A stretch of DNA of 64,000 nt from an uncultured Actinomycetes bacterium (GTDB taxonomy: Bacteria; Actinomycetota; Thermoleophilia; UBA2241). A program made the translations under genes and the position numbers. The stretch spans positions 480,001-544,000 of the forward strand of contig CAVRZA010000002.1 of NCBI GenBank assembly GCA_963725665.1, read 5' to 3'. The stretch's first letter is position 1. Every line of letters begins with the position of its first letter. The notes beneath the pieces are model-generated. The model worked only from the letters and a program-made list of their open reading frames with translations. It did no database searches and was not told the DNA's origin. This document shows, one piece after another, positions 32,538 through 42,492 of this stretch.

Positions 32538-33932
32538 GTGGAGAACACCATCAAGACGCGCATGGGGGACGGCTCGCTCGTCGAGATGACGCGCAGCGAG
32601 CTCCGTGCCGAGCTCGAGGCCGGCGTCGAGGCGGCCGTCAAGCGGGCCAAGGTCCCTCCCCTCGGCCCGGACGAGTTCGACCACCTGCTCGACATCTGGG
32701 CGTCGGCGTCGCGCTTCAGCGCCGTCGATATCGGCCACGAGGTCGTCCTGAGCCTGGATGGCTGCAACGCCGGCAGCTTCCTCTCGGCTCAGCAGGATCT
32801 GCAGGTCTACGAGCAGGACTTCTGCCTCGACGTCGTTGAGTTGGCGCACATCGACTACTCCTACAAGGCCGTCAAGGCGATCATCCCCAACCAGGCTCAG
32901 ATCGTCCGCGACGCACAGCTCGTCCTCACCGCCCCTCTGCAGTACGGTGCCATGCCCAACCTGGGCCTCTACTCGCAGCCCGACGGTCCCGTGCCCAACT
33001 GGTCCGAGCTGCTGCCGCAGGGGCGCATCGACGAGGCTCGAGAGTCGCAGGTGGCGGCCGTCGAGTACGCGGTCAAGGACATGGTTGAGGTAGGGGAAGG
33101 GATGTGGGAGGCCGGCGTCGATGGCCTCGACTTCGATACCTCGGGAGCGGCGGGCGACGGTGACTTCCTGGCGACGCTCAAAGCCGTCGCGCGGTTGCGC
33201 GCGATGTTCCCCGACATGGGCATCGAGCTCGGCATGGCGGGGGAGTTCGTCCTCGGCATTCACGGGCAGCTCGAGTACGAGGGAGTGCGCCTCGCCGGAC
33301 TGTGGCCGCGAGAGCAGATGAAGCTTGCAGCGCAGGCTGGGGCAACGATCTTCGGTCCTGCGGTCAACGTGAACACGAGCCACAGCGGCGCCTGGAACAT
33401 CGCCCGCGCGCTGACGCTGGTGAAGCCTTGTTGCGATGAGGCCGAGATCCCCATCCACATGAACGTGGGGATGGGCGTCGGCGGGGTGCCGATGGCCTAC
33501 TACGGGCCGGTCGATGCCGTGTCGCGCGCGTCGCGCGCCTGTGTCGACATCCTGCGCCTCGACGGCTTGTAGGTCGGCGCGGGCGATGCGCTCGGCCAGC
33601 CGTGTGCCCACTCCATCGCCTCCGGCATGGGTGGCATCCGGACCGCCGGAGACCTGGTGGCGAGGATGCAGATGACCGCGGGGATGAGGCTCGAGGAGGC
33701 AAAGGCGTACGTGGCCGGCAAGCTGGGTGTAGCCGCCGACGATCTCTCGGACCCGGTCGTCATGGGCGACGTTCGCTCGGAGTTGGGGCTGGCTCGCGTC
33801 ATCACGCCTGAGTCGGTCTTCCCGCACCAGCCCAACGCCATCGAAGCGAAGTTCCGCATCGCCGAGCTGCTCGACCTACCCATCAACTGCGTCGCTCGCT
33901 TCGCCGAGCGGACGGGTCTGGCAAAGGGTTGA
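32538..33932 (+). CDS. mtbB: MtbB family, copy 4; in-frame TAG 33570-33572 (putative pyrrolysine, codon 345)
   Basis: LRLDGL*VGAGDALG...SGMGGIRTAGDLVARMQ in frame to TGA 33932. Confidence 0.93.
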
Positions 33933-34237
33933 GCGACCTCGTTGCGGGCCGGGGAGCTGCGCTCTTCATCTCCCAGGCCTCCCCTGCTCCCCTGCGTGCC
34001 CGATGTGGGCGCGCCACCCAGCGGTCGTTGAGCCGCCGGTCGCAACGGGCACTGCCCCTTAGGTGCCCTGCTAGCATGGTAGCACCGGACCAACGAAGCG
34101 CAGCGCGCGGACCGTCTAGCGGCCAGCGCAGCTTCGGCTGAGACGGTAGGAGGATGTTGCCAGTCGGCGCTGAGTGTCAGAGACTCGCAGGTGATTCCCG
34201 AGTGCCTGAAACGCCCGGCTGGTTCTCGCCGGGCTGA

Positions 34238-34879
34238 GTGACGAGCGACGGACGGAGCTTGACGAGCTTGAGCGATCTCATCATGTTCGACTTCGACGGC
34301 GTGATAGCCGACTCTCTCGAGGCCATGCACGATGCGGCGGTCACTGCGCTGCGCGAGGGCGGACTGGATCACCTCGTCTCGGAAGACCTGGTGCCGCGCC
34401 TGGTGGAGTCCAACTGGTTCGAGGGTCTGCGCAAGCTGGGGGTGCCCCCGCGGGTGGCGCGCGTCATGGATGACCTCATCGCGGTGAAAGTGGGCGCGGG
34501 CGAGGTTGCGCCGTACGCCGGGATCCCTGAGGTCATAGCCAGTCTGGCACAACGTCACTGCGTCCTCATCGTGACGTCGAACCGGTCCGACATCGTCGCG
34601 GACTTCCTTTCTCAGTGGGGTATCGCGGGCATCCGGGAGGTCTTGGGCGGGGACAAGGGCAAGAGCAAGGTCCCGAAGCTGCGTGCAGCGTTGGGCAGCT
34701 ACCCCCACGAGGAGGCATGGTTCATCGGAGACTCCGTCGGCGACATAGTCGAAGGCGGTTCCGCCGGCGTCTCGACGATCGCCGCGACGTGGGGATGGCA
34801 CTCGGAGGAGCAGCTTCTGGGGTCCTCTCCCGACCGACTGGTTAGGGCTCCGGAGGAGCTTCTGCGGCTCCTCCTTTAA
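34238..34879 (+). CDS. HAD-superfamily hydrolase
   Basis: FDFDGVIADS, VTSN, FIGDS and WGWH. Confidence 0.88.
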   Translation: MTSDGRSLTSLSDLIMFDFDGVIADSLEAMHDAAVTALREGGLDHLVSEDLVPRLVESNWFEGLRKLGVPPRVARVMDDLIAVKVGAGEVAPYAGIPEVIASLAQRHCVLIVTSNRSDIVADFLSQWGIAGIREVLGGDKGKSKVPKLRAALGSYPHEEAWFIGDSVGDIVEGGSAGVSTIAATWGWHSEEQLLGSSPDRLVRAPEELLRLLL

Positions 34880-35014
34880 CTGCCGAGCGCGCTCACCGAT
34901 CGCCGCAGGGAGCGGGGATCGAACGGAGTGACCCGGCTGTGCCGAGGGGAACTGGAGGAACTGGACCCCGTTGCGGGGAGTGCAAGGCTGTCGCGTTTGA
35001 GGAGGGGAGAGCTG

Positions 35015-35275
35015 ATGTTGTGCGCCATCGCGAAGAACCTCGAGGAGGAACAGCTCGGCGAGATCATGTCGCTTGAGGAGGAGACCGGCCTGACGCTCGT
35101 CGCCTTCTCCTGCCGCTCTCTGGACCCCGAACGGGAGGAGCGACTGCGCAGGATCGAGGCCGAGCTGGGATCGCCGTTGCAGGCGGAGCCGGCCCCAATC
35201 AGTGAGGAGCAGCTCGTGCAGATCCGCCGTCTCGAGGGGGCGACTGGCCTCTCGCTAGTGGCGGTGGAGGCGTAG
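35015..35275 (+). CDS. small hypothetical protein with a duplicated motif
   Basis: EEQLxxIxxLExxTGLxLVA occurs twice; GGAGGGG RBS. Confidence 0.7.
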   Translation: MLCAIAKNLEEEQLGEIMSLEEETGLTLVAFSCRSLDPEREERLRRIEAELGSPLQAEPAPISEEQLVQIRRLEGATGLSLVAVEA

Positions 35276-35813
35276 GGGGCGGGGGAGCCGGCCGTCCCGG
35301 CCGGCTCCCCCGCCCGCTCGCCGCCCGCCCCTGCCGCAAGGCGTCAGCGCGCGCACGGGACGTTGGCGCTTGTGTGGTAGAGGGTCTGGCGGGCGATCTT
35401 GCCGTCGCGGATCTCCAGAACGGCCGCGCCACCGCCGCTGATGTCCGGTGCTTGCGCATTGACAAGGGCCCAGCCGGGCGGCCTGGTCGTGGAGTCACTG
35501 CCGCAGGGGGGCGGTGAGAAAGGGATGGTGGTCGCGAGTCCGAGATGGGACCCGCGTCCGCAGGCACAACCGTGGTCCCGTTTGTGCCTGACTGTCACCC
35601 TGCGTCCCGGTTGGCCACGGGCCGCTCTTGGCGGACTTCCGCAGTCTGATGCTACGGTGAACAGCCCAGCGGGGGTACGGCCAGTACGGACCCCCGCATC
35701 GGTAGTGGAAGTCCTTGTGATCCCGCTGCTACTGCGTCACGCCCGCGGATCCCTTGCCGCCGTCCGCGCCGCTCGGGGACGACTGTCGGTGTCGGAATCG
35801 AGCTTCGAAGTCA

Positions 35814-36386
35814 TCACCTTGGTGTCGTCTCTAAGAACCGCGCCACCGAGATGGCGGGCTTGGGCAGGCCGACTGGTGTCGCCTCCAAGAACGTCCCCAG
35901 CGTGATGACGGGCTTGGGCATGCCGACGACGGCCACGACGGCGATCGCGCCCCGTTGCCTTCTCAGCGCCACGCCCAAGGCCAAGAGACTGCTGCCGAGA
36001 ACGAGAGGCATCCACTCGCGGCCGCCGGTGCGCAGGAGCTGCTTCGGCGGGGCGGTCGCGTGCTTGGTCGGGTGCGTCGTGGGGTGCGTGGTCGGCGTCG
36101 GCGTGATGGTGGGGGTCACAGTCGGCGTTGGCGTGACCGTCGGCGTCGGGCTCGGCGACGGCGACGGTGACGGCGATGGAGTATACGACGGCGACGGTGA
36201 CGGCGATGGAGTACACGTCGGTGACGGCGACGGCGATGGAGTACAAGTCTTGGTCGGCGTCGGCGATGGAGTACATGTGTTGGTCGGTGTCGCCGTCGGC
36301 GTACTCCAGCCGACGGACGCCGACGCCGTGGCCGGCATGGCCAGGCAGGCGATGGACAGGACGATTGCCGCGGTGGTTGTTCTCAT
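35814..36386 (-). CDS. secreted Pro/Thr/Ser-repeat surface protein with LPXTG-like sorting signal
   Basis: signal peptide, (C/Y)TPSPSPSP repeats, LLRTG + TM + RRQR; AAGGAAAGGGG RBS. Confidence 0.65.
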   Translation of the reverse strand: MRTTTAAIVLSIACLAMPATASASVGWSTPTATPTNTCTPSPTPTKTCTPSPSPSPTCTPSPSPSPSYTPSPSPSPSPSPTPTVTPTPTVTPTITPTPTTHPTTHPTKHATAPPKQLLRTGGREWMPLVLGSSLLALGVALRRQRGAIAVVAVVGMPKPVITLGTFLEATPVGLPKPAISVARFLETTPR

Positions 36387-36432
36387 GGCTCCCCTTTCCT
36401 TTCGCGCTATTCTAGTCCCCGTAACGGCCTTG

Positions 36433-37071
36433 CCGGTCCCGGCGTGGAGCGCCGTCGAGCTCCGGACGTTACTGGACTCGCAGGAGGGCGAGCCGCTGCA
36501 GCCGTTGTGGCGCCTGTTCGCCCTGACTGGTCTGCGCTGCGGCGAGGCCTTGGGCCTGCGGCGGGGCGACGTCGATTGGGATGCCGGCCGAGTCACGGTG
36601 CGCCGCAACAGGGTGCCCCTGGCCGGCGGCGTGATTGCGGAGACGAGCACCAAGACAAACAGGGTGCGCGTCGTCGATCTCGACCCGGAGACGGTCGCCG
36701 TGCTGCGTGATCCGCAGATAACGGCTGCCTGCCGCGGCGTCGAGACGCCGGCGGACCTCGAGGCTGCCGAGGTGGACCGCGAGGCTTACATCTTCACCGA
36801 CGAGGCCGGCGAGCCGCTCGGCCCGAACAGCGTCTCCTACCGCTTCCGTGCGGCCGTGCAGAAGACCGCCGTGCGGAGGATCCCGCTGCACGTCCTCAGG
36901 CACACGCACATCAGACTCCTCGTGGCCAAGGGCTGCGCCATTCCTATGGTCGCGGCGACGGCCGGCCACGCCGACCCGAGCATCACGCTGAAGGTCTACA
37001 GCCACTGCCTGCCGGGTGCACAGCAAGACGCTCTGAGGGCCATGGCGAGAGGGCGGACGGACGCTCAGTGA
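36433..37071 (+). mobile_element. tyrosine integrase catalytic-domain remnant
   Basis: TGLRCGE, LHVLRHT, AGHAD and Y catalytic motifs; N-terminal domains missing; adjacent to a tRNA 3' end. Confidence 0.85.
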
Positions 37072-37157
37072 CCCCCTGCTCTGGCAGACTCTGGCAAATG
37101 CGCATCCCTCGTGAGGGTGGGGAAGGGTGCGAAAGACCGCGACTTCCGGTGGAGTTA

Positions 37158-37233
37158 TGGAGCCGACGCGGGGAATCGAACCCCGGACCCCATCATTACG
37201 AGTGATGTGCTCTGCCAGCTGAGCTACGTCGGC
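37158..37233 (-). tRNA. tRNA-Thr(CGT)
   Basis: reverse-complement cloverleaf, loop CT-CGT-AA, CCA end. Confidence 0.97.
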
Positions 37234-37556
37234 TCGGGTGCCTTGCGATTGTAGCCAACGGCCCTCGTGCCTGCAAAGTCCGCCCTGAAGGCCCGTCGGG
37301 AACGGCGGCCGGGGCTATGTCGGCGCGCCCTAGTGCTTCTTCCTATTTCTTAATGTTCAGTGCCTTTCAATGCTCTTTACGACCATCTACACTGCCACTC
37401 ATAGAAGTCATTCCCGCACCTTCTTGGCAATCTCCTCACGCTTTCCGACTCTCTCGGGGGTCGTAGTAACGGGGCACGTCAGGACCCGCATCGACGCAGT
37501 CGTGATGCGGGTCGAACTGCCGGCTGGCAGGCCGGCACCGAGCACAAGGAGACGCT

Positions 37557-38028
37557 ATGCGTAACGCCCCCGAGCGCCCGGTGAGGAAGGCACGTGGCAT
37601 CCGTGCAGCCTTCCTCGTCATCCCTGCCCTCGCGCTGACTGCGCTGGTATCGGCGGCCGCGATCGTCGCCACACCCGCGACGGCGCATCCCAGGCAACGG
37701 TCAGCCCTGCAGTCGCTGTCACACGCAGACCGCGACTGCCACCGTGACGCTGAAGCTGTCGGCCAAGAAGGTCCATCCGGGCACTGTGGTCAAGGCCTCG
37801 GGCACGGTCCCGGCCGATCACAACTGGACCAAGGTCACCATCCAGAAGCGCCTCGGGACCAAGCCGTGGAAGGCGTGGAAGACGGTGACGATCACCTCGA
37901 CCTCGACCTTCTCGGCGAAGTGGACCGCACAGGCCACGAAAGGCAAGTACTCGTTCCGCGCCATCTACGCGGGCGACAACAACTACAAGAAGTCCATCTC
38001 GCCGGTGCGGAAGGTCACCGTCTACTGA
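37557..38028 (+). CDS. secreted Lys/Thr-rich beta-domain protein (frameshift near 37700-37730)
   Basis: signal peptide in one frame; Ig-like VTLKLS...YSFRAIYAGD...VTVY in another. Confidence 0.6.
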
Positions 38029-38869
38029 CACGAACGCGTCTGCGTAGGGAGACAGGGCAACAACTCAAGGCGCCGCAGCGCTTCCGCGCTGCGGCGCCGG
38101 ACTGGGCGGGGCCGGCTCGATCGAGCCGGCCCCGCCCGCTCTATCAGGAGCGGTCCCCGCTCGTCCAAGTTCTCCCGTCGGACTCCGTCGGAGCTGCCGG
38201 GGCCGAAACGACCAGCCGTGTCTCGCGAACTCGGCTCACTTCCTGCTGTGGGACCCTCTTCTCGTCAATAGGCCAGTGCAAGTCACCTGGGGTCAGGACC
38301 GGAGATTGGCGCGCGCACGCCGTTGATGGGCGGTGCTGTCCGTGACCCCTTCGCAGCGCAGCCCAGAGAGGTCCGTCGTTTGTGTCCATCGGGTGAGAGA
38401 AGTATGGTGAGAATGTAAGAACCTAGGCGTCTCGCAGAGGCTGCCAGCAATCTGCGGAGCTGCGACGAGGTGCCGCGACCCGCACCGGGAGCCGCGGGGC
38501 CATGGTCATTCTGCAGTCGACGTTGCGCTGTCTCGACCCGTTCAAAGGGCGTGACGAGCAGCGGCGCATCACCAGTGAGGAACGGAACGCACTCGGCACG
38601 GTCAACGCGAAAACCGCCGCTCAATGACGTGTGCGACTACCTGTTCGGCACGACTCGGGCGCTGATCCTCTTCGATCGCGTCGGGCTGCCGTTCGTAGAG
38701 GAGGACGGTCAGCGGCTGGCGTCACCTTACGCGCGCGCGGACTGTCAACCAACCCGGGGCTGCATCAGGGCGCGCTGCCAACGGGGCTCCTGGGCCGAGT
38801 TCATCGTCGAGCTTTCGCCGCCCTCACCGCTCGATGTCGGGTCAGCGCCTGCTGGGGCGGTCGAATAGC

Positions 38870-39964
38870 GTGGCCCGCGACGCGGCAAGTGCTCCTGGAC
38901 GCGCCCGTCGCGGTCTTCGCGCGCGCCTGGGCGAGCGGCCCATCGTCGAGAAGATCCTCATCGCCAACTCGGTGATCATCCTGCTCGGGGCCGTGTTCGG
39001 GACCTATCTCACCCGTCGTTATGCGGGACAGTCGGGGATTGCGCTCACCGCGATCTTCTTCGTCTGCGGTGTGGGTGTCACCGTGCTGGCCAACTATCTT
39101 GTGCTGCGGGCCGCTCTGCGGCCCCTGGTTGAGCTGAGCCGAGCGATGGAGTCACTCCATAAGGGTGAGCCGCAGGAAGCTCACATCGACTCGTCCGATC
39201 CCAACCTGCGCCGGGTGTCGCGCTCGTTCAACGAGATGTGCAGGCGTCTCGAAGAGGAGTCGAAGACGTACTCGGCCAAGCTCTTGAGCTCGATCGAGGA
39301 GGAGAGACGCCGCATCGGGCGTGAGCTGCACGACGACACGAGCCAGACGCTGGCGGCCGTGATGATCAATCTGGACCTGGTGGACAAGGCTCTTGCAGAC
39401 GCGTCGCCGGCCATCCGCGAGCGCGTCGAGAGCTCAAAGGAGCTTCTGCGCTACACGCTGGGTCAGATCAAGCTGCTCGTCTACGACCTGCGCCCCGTCA
39501 TGCTCGACGACTTCGGCCTTGTCCCTACGCTGCGCTGGTACATACAATCGTATGCCGAGGGAAGTGGTCCGAGCATCGAGTTGGATGTCGAGGCGGCGAA
39601 GTATCGCGTGCCGGGCGACATCGAGACGGCTCTCTTCCGGATCACCCAAGAGGCGATCGCGAACGCCGTCAGGCATTCCGGAGGGACCAAGGTCGTGGTA
39701 AGACTCGAGACCGCGTCCGGCTTCGTCAGCCTTGCCGTCATCGACAACGGTGATGGGTTCGACCCGCGGGAGGCGATTCGGCACAGTCAGCCGGGGCTGG
39801 GACTGCTCTCGATCAAGGAACGCGTGGAGTTGCTCAACGGGTCGCTGACCATCGAGTCGAACAAGGGGAGGGGCACGCGGGTGTACGTGGTCATTCCGCT
39901 GCCGGCGGGCGCCAAGCCTCCCACTCCGCTACCGGACAACGAAGCCAAGGTGAGAGTGCCATGA
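38870..39964 (+). CDS. sensor histidine kinase (HAMP, HisKA_3)
   Basis: 2 TM helices, ERRRIGRELHD, QEAIANA, DNGDGF and GLGL. Confidence 0.93.
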   Translation: MARDAASAPGRARRGLRARLGERPIVEKILIANSVIILLGAVFGTYLTRRYAGQSGIALTAIFFVCGVGVTVLANYLVLRAALRPLVELSRAMESLHKGEPQEAHIDSSDPNLRRVSRSFNEMCRRLEEESKTYSAKLLSSIEEERRRIGRELHDDTSQTLAAVMINLDLVDKALADASPAIRERVESSKELLRYTLGQIKLLVYDLRPVMLDDFGLVPTLRWYIQSYAEGSGPSIELDVEAAKYRVPGDIETALFRITQEAIANAVRHSGGTKVVVRLETASGFVSLAVIDNGDGFDPREAIRHSQPGLGLLSIKERVELLNGSLTIESNKGRGTRVYVVIPLPAGAKPPTPLPDNEAKVRVP

Positions 39965-40641
39965 GCCAACCGCATGAGGTCAGAGACAGCCGAGTGAAGG
40001 TCCTTCTCGTCGACGATCACACCATCTTGCGCGAAGGTATCCGGTCGCTGCTGTCTCTCGAACAGGACATCGAGGTCGTGGGCGAGGCGAAGGACGGGCT
40101 CGAGGCGGTCGAGCAGGTCCCGCGCGTCAAGCCCGACGTCGTCATCATGGACATGGTAATGCCGCGCATGAACGGGCTCGAGGCGACGCGGCAGATCAAG
40201 AAGCGCTTCCCGGAGGTGCGCATCCTCATTCTCAGCATGTACGACGACGATGAGTACGTGCTGCAGATCATCCAGGCAGGCGCGTCGGGCTACGTTCTCA
40301 AGAGGGTGGCCACTGAGGAGCTCGTCAAGGCTATCCGCGAGGTTCACAAGGGCTCGTCGTTCCTCTACCCGCCGATCGCGGCCAAGCTCATCGACGACTA
40401 CGTGCGCCGCGTCAAGGGTGCCGACGCGGGCGAACCTCACGAGGCGCTCACGGTGCGCGAGCGCGAGGTCCTCAAACTGATCGCCGAGGGCAACACCAAC
40501 CACGAGATCGCCGACATCCTCTGCGTGAGCAAGAAGACCATTGAGAGTCACCGCGCCAACATCATGCGCAAGCTCGACCTGCACGACGTCACCGAGCTCG
40601 TGAAGTACGCGCTGCGCAAGGGGCTCATCAAGCTCGACTGA
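39961..40641 (+). CDS. NarL/LuxR-family response regulator
   Basis: LVDDH, DMVMP, LTVREREVL HTH. Confidence 0.95.
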   Translation: MSQPHEVRDSRVKVLLVDDHTILREGIRSLLSLEQDIEVVGEAKDGLEAVEQVPRVKPDVVIMDMVMPRMNGLEATRQIKKRFPEVRILILSMYDDDEYVLQIIQAGASGYVLKRVATEELVKAIREVHKGSSFLYPPIAAKLIDDYVRRVKGADAGEPHEALTVREREVLKLIAEGNTNHEIADILCVSKKTIESHRANIMRKLDLHDVTELVKYALRKGLIKLD

Positions 40642-40850
40642 CTTGCTCGAGCCGGCGAGCTGGCGGCGGAGCGGGCGGCGCGTGCGGGCGACAACGAGCA
40701 GCGCCACCGGCCGCTGCGCGGCACGCTCCGCCGCCAGCCTGCGGCGAGTGTAGGCGTGCCGAAACAGCCGTTCCTGCGGATTCCTTTCGACATACTGTCC
40801 AAAAGAGCCCGCCGACTTCACCGGCCTGTTCTCCACAACTAGTAACAGTC

Positions 40851-40891
40851 CTAGGCTGAAATAGGGGTTCGGCCCTATAGGTGGATTCCTC
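40851..40891 (+). promoter_or_regulatory. putative NarL-family operator upstream of the hdr-mvh operon
   Basis: ATAGGG-N6-CCCTAT palindrome at 40861-40878 with flanking TAGG half-sites in an AT-rich intergenic region. Confidence 0.45.
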
Positions 40892-41021
40892 CCGCTATTG
40901 CTATATTTTTCACAAGGTGGGGAAGGTCTGTCGCGCGCGCACGCGGCAGGCGCCTTCGCGCGTGGTCTTGGTGCCTGACGCGGACCCCAACCGGCACTGA
41001 CGGCGAGGACGGGAGTGTTCG

Positions 41022-41603
41022 ATGGGGGAGCTTCAGACCACCCAGGAGATCAGCGAGCTCCATAGGATCTTCCTGGAAGACGTGTACGGGATCCCGGGGG
41101 GTGAGAAGATCAAGCTGTGCCAGCAGTGTGGCACGTGTTCGGGCTCTTGCCCCACGAGCTACCTGATGGACTACACCCCTCGCGAGATCGTCGCCGCCTT
41201 CCGCGCCGGGCAACTCGACAAGGTCCTCAAGAGCAACACCATCTGGCTGTGCACCTCGTGCTACTCCTGCACGGTGCGCTGTCCTGCCGGCATCAAGCTC
41301 ACAGACATCATGTACGAGCTGAAGCGGCTGGCAATCAAGTACGACTCCTGGCCGCGCGACTCGAAGAACCCTGCGATGACGAAGATCTTCGTCGACAACG
41401 TGCACAAGTACGGCCGTAACCACGAGGTCGGGCTGATGGCGAAGTTCATGGTCCACAAGCCTAGCCTGCCGTTCAAGTTCGCGGGCCTCGGCTGGAAGCT
41501 CGTCTCCACGGGTCGCATGCCGCTGTTCGCGAAGTCGATCCAGGGCCGCGAGGAGCTCGACAAGATCACAAGGTTCCTCGAGAGCAAGGAGGTGGCCTCA
41601 TGA
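41022..41603 (+). CDS. hdrC: heterodisulfide reductase subunit C
   Basis: CQQCGTCSGSCP and WLCTSCYSCTVRCP. Confidence 0.92.
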   Translation: MGELQTTQEISELHRIFLEDVYGIPGGEKIKLCQQCGTCSGSCPTSYLMDYTPREIVAAFRAGQLDKVLKSNTIWLCTSCYSCTVRCPAGIKLTDIMYELKRLAIKYDSWPRDSKNPAMTKIFVDNVHKYGRNHEVGLMAKFMVHKPSLPFKFAGLGWKLVSTGRMPLFAKSIQGREELDKITRFLESKEVAS

Positions 41604-42472
41604 AGTACTCGTACTTCCCGGGGTGCTCCGCCGAGGCCACGGGCGTAGCCTACGACGTCTCCGCACGGGCGGTCTGCGAGAAGCTCGGCATCGAGCTCGA
41701 GGAGATCCCTGACTGGAACTGCTGCGGCTCGACGAGCTACTTCTCCATCCGCGAGCTCGAGTCGTTCGGCATCTCCGCGCGTAACCTCGCCATCGCGCAG
41801 GAGATGGGCGACATGGACCTGGTGGCCACGTGTAGCGCCTGCTACACGATCCTCGCCAAGACCAACCGCTACCTCGCTGAGGACAAGGTACTCAAGGACG
41901 AGATCAACGAGGCGCTGGCCCTCGCCGGGCGGTCATACGACGGCAAGGTCAACGTGCGCCATCTTCTCGACGTGATGGTCAATGACGTCGGCTACGACGC
42001 CATCGCCGAGAAGGTCACGCGCAAGCTCGAGGGGCTCAGGGTGGCGCCGTACTACGGCTGCCAGCTCTCGCGTCCCATGGGCTCGTTCGACGACCCCGAG
42101 TTCCCCATGACGCTTGACAACCTCATCGCTGTCATGGGCGGCACGGCCATCGACTATCCCTGCAAGACCAAGTGCTGCGGCGGCATGCTGATGCTGACCA
42201 AGGAAGAGGCCGCGCTGCGCCTGTGCTTCGAGCTCCTCAAGTGCGCGGAGGTGCACGGCGCGCAGGTCATCGTCACTACCTGCCCCCTGTGCGAGATGAA
42301 CGTCGAGGCCTACCAGGCCATGGTCAACAAGGCCTACGGGACGAACTTCAAGATCCCCGTCATGTACTTCACCCAGCTCGTCGGGATCGCGCTGGGCATC
42401 GGGAGCAGGGATCTTGCTCTCGACAAGCAGGTCGTGTCGTGCGAGCCGGTCCTCGCGGCCGTGCCGGCCTAG
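41600..42472 (+). CDS. hdrB: heterodisulfide reductase subunit B
   Basis: YFPGC, WNCCG, PYYGC, KCCG and TCPLC. Confidence 0.93.
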   Translation: MKYSYFPGCSAEATGVAYDVSARAVCEKLGIELEEIPDWNCCGSTSYFSIRELESFGISARNLAIAQEMGDMDLVATCSACYTILAKTNRYLAEDKVLKDEINEALALAGRSYDGKVNVRHLLDVMVNDVGYDAIAEKVTRKLEGLRVAPYYGCQLSRPMGSFDDPEFPMTLDNLIAVMGGTAIDYPCKTKCCGGMLMLTKEEAALRLCFELLKCAEVHGAQVIVTTCPLCEMNVEAYQAMVNKAYGTNFKIPVMYFTQLVGIALGIGSRDLALDKQVVSCEPVLAAVPA

Positions 42473-42492
42473 GGCGCGGGGAGGAGACGAAG

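Noticed and set aside
35851-36432. GDGDGD/VGVG-repeat N-terminal extension on the integrase ORF
   Set aside because: It is the antisense shadow of the Pro/Ser/Thr-repeat gene, which has an RBS, signal peptide and sorting signal
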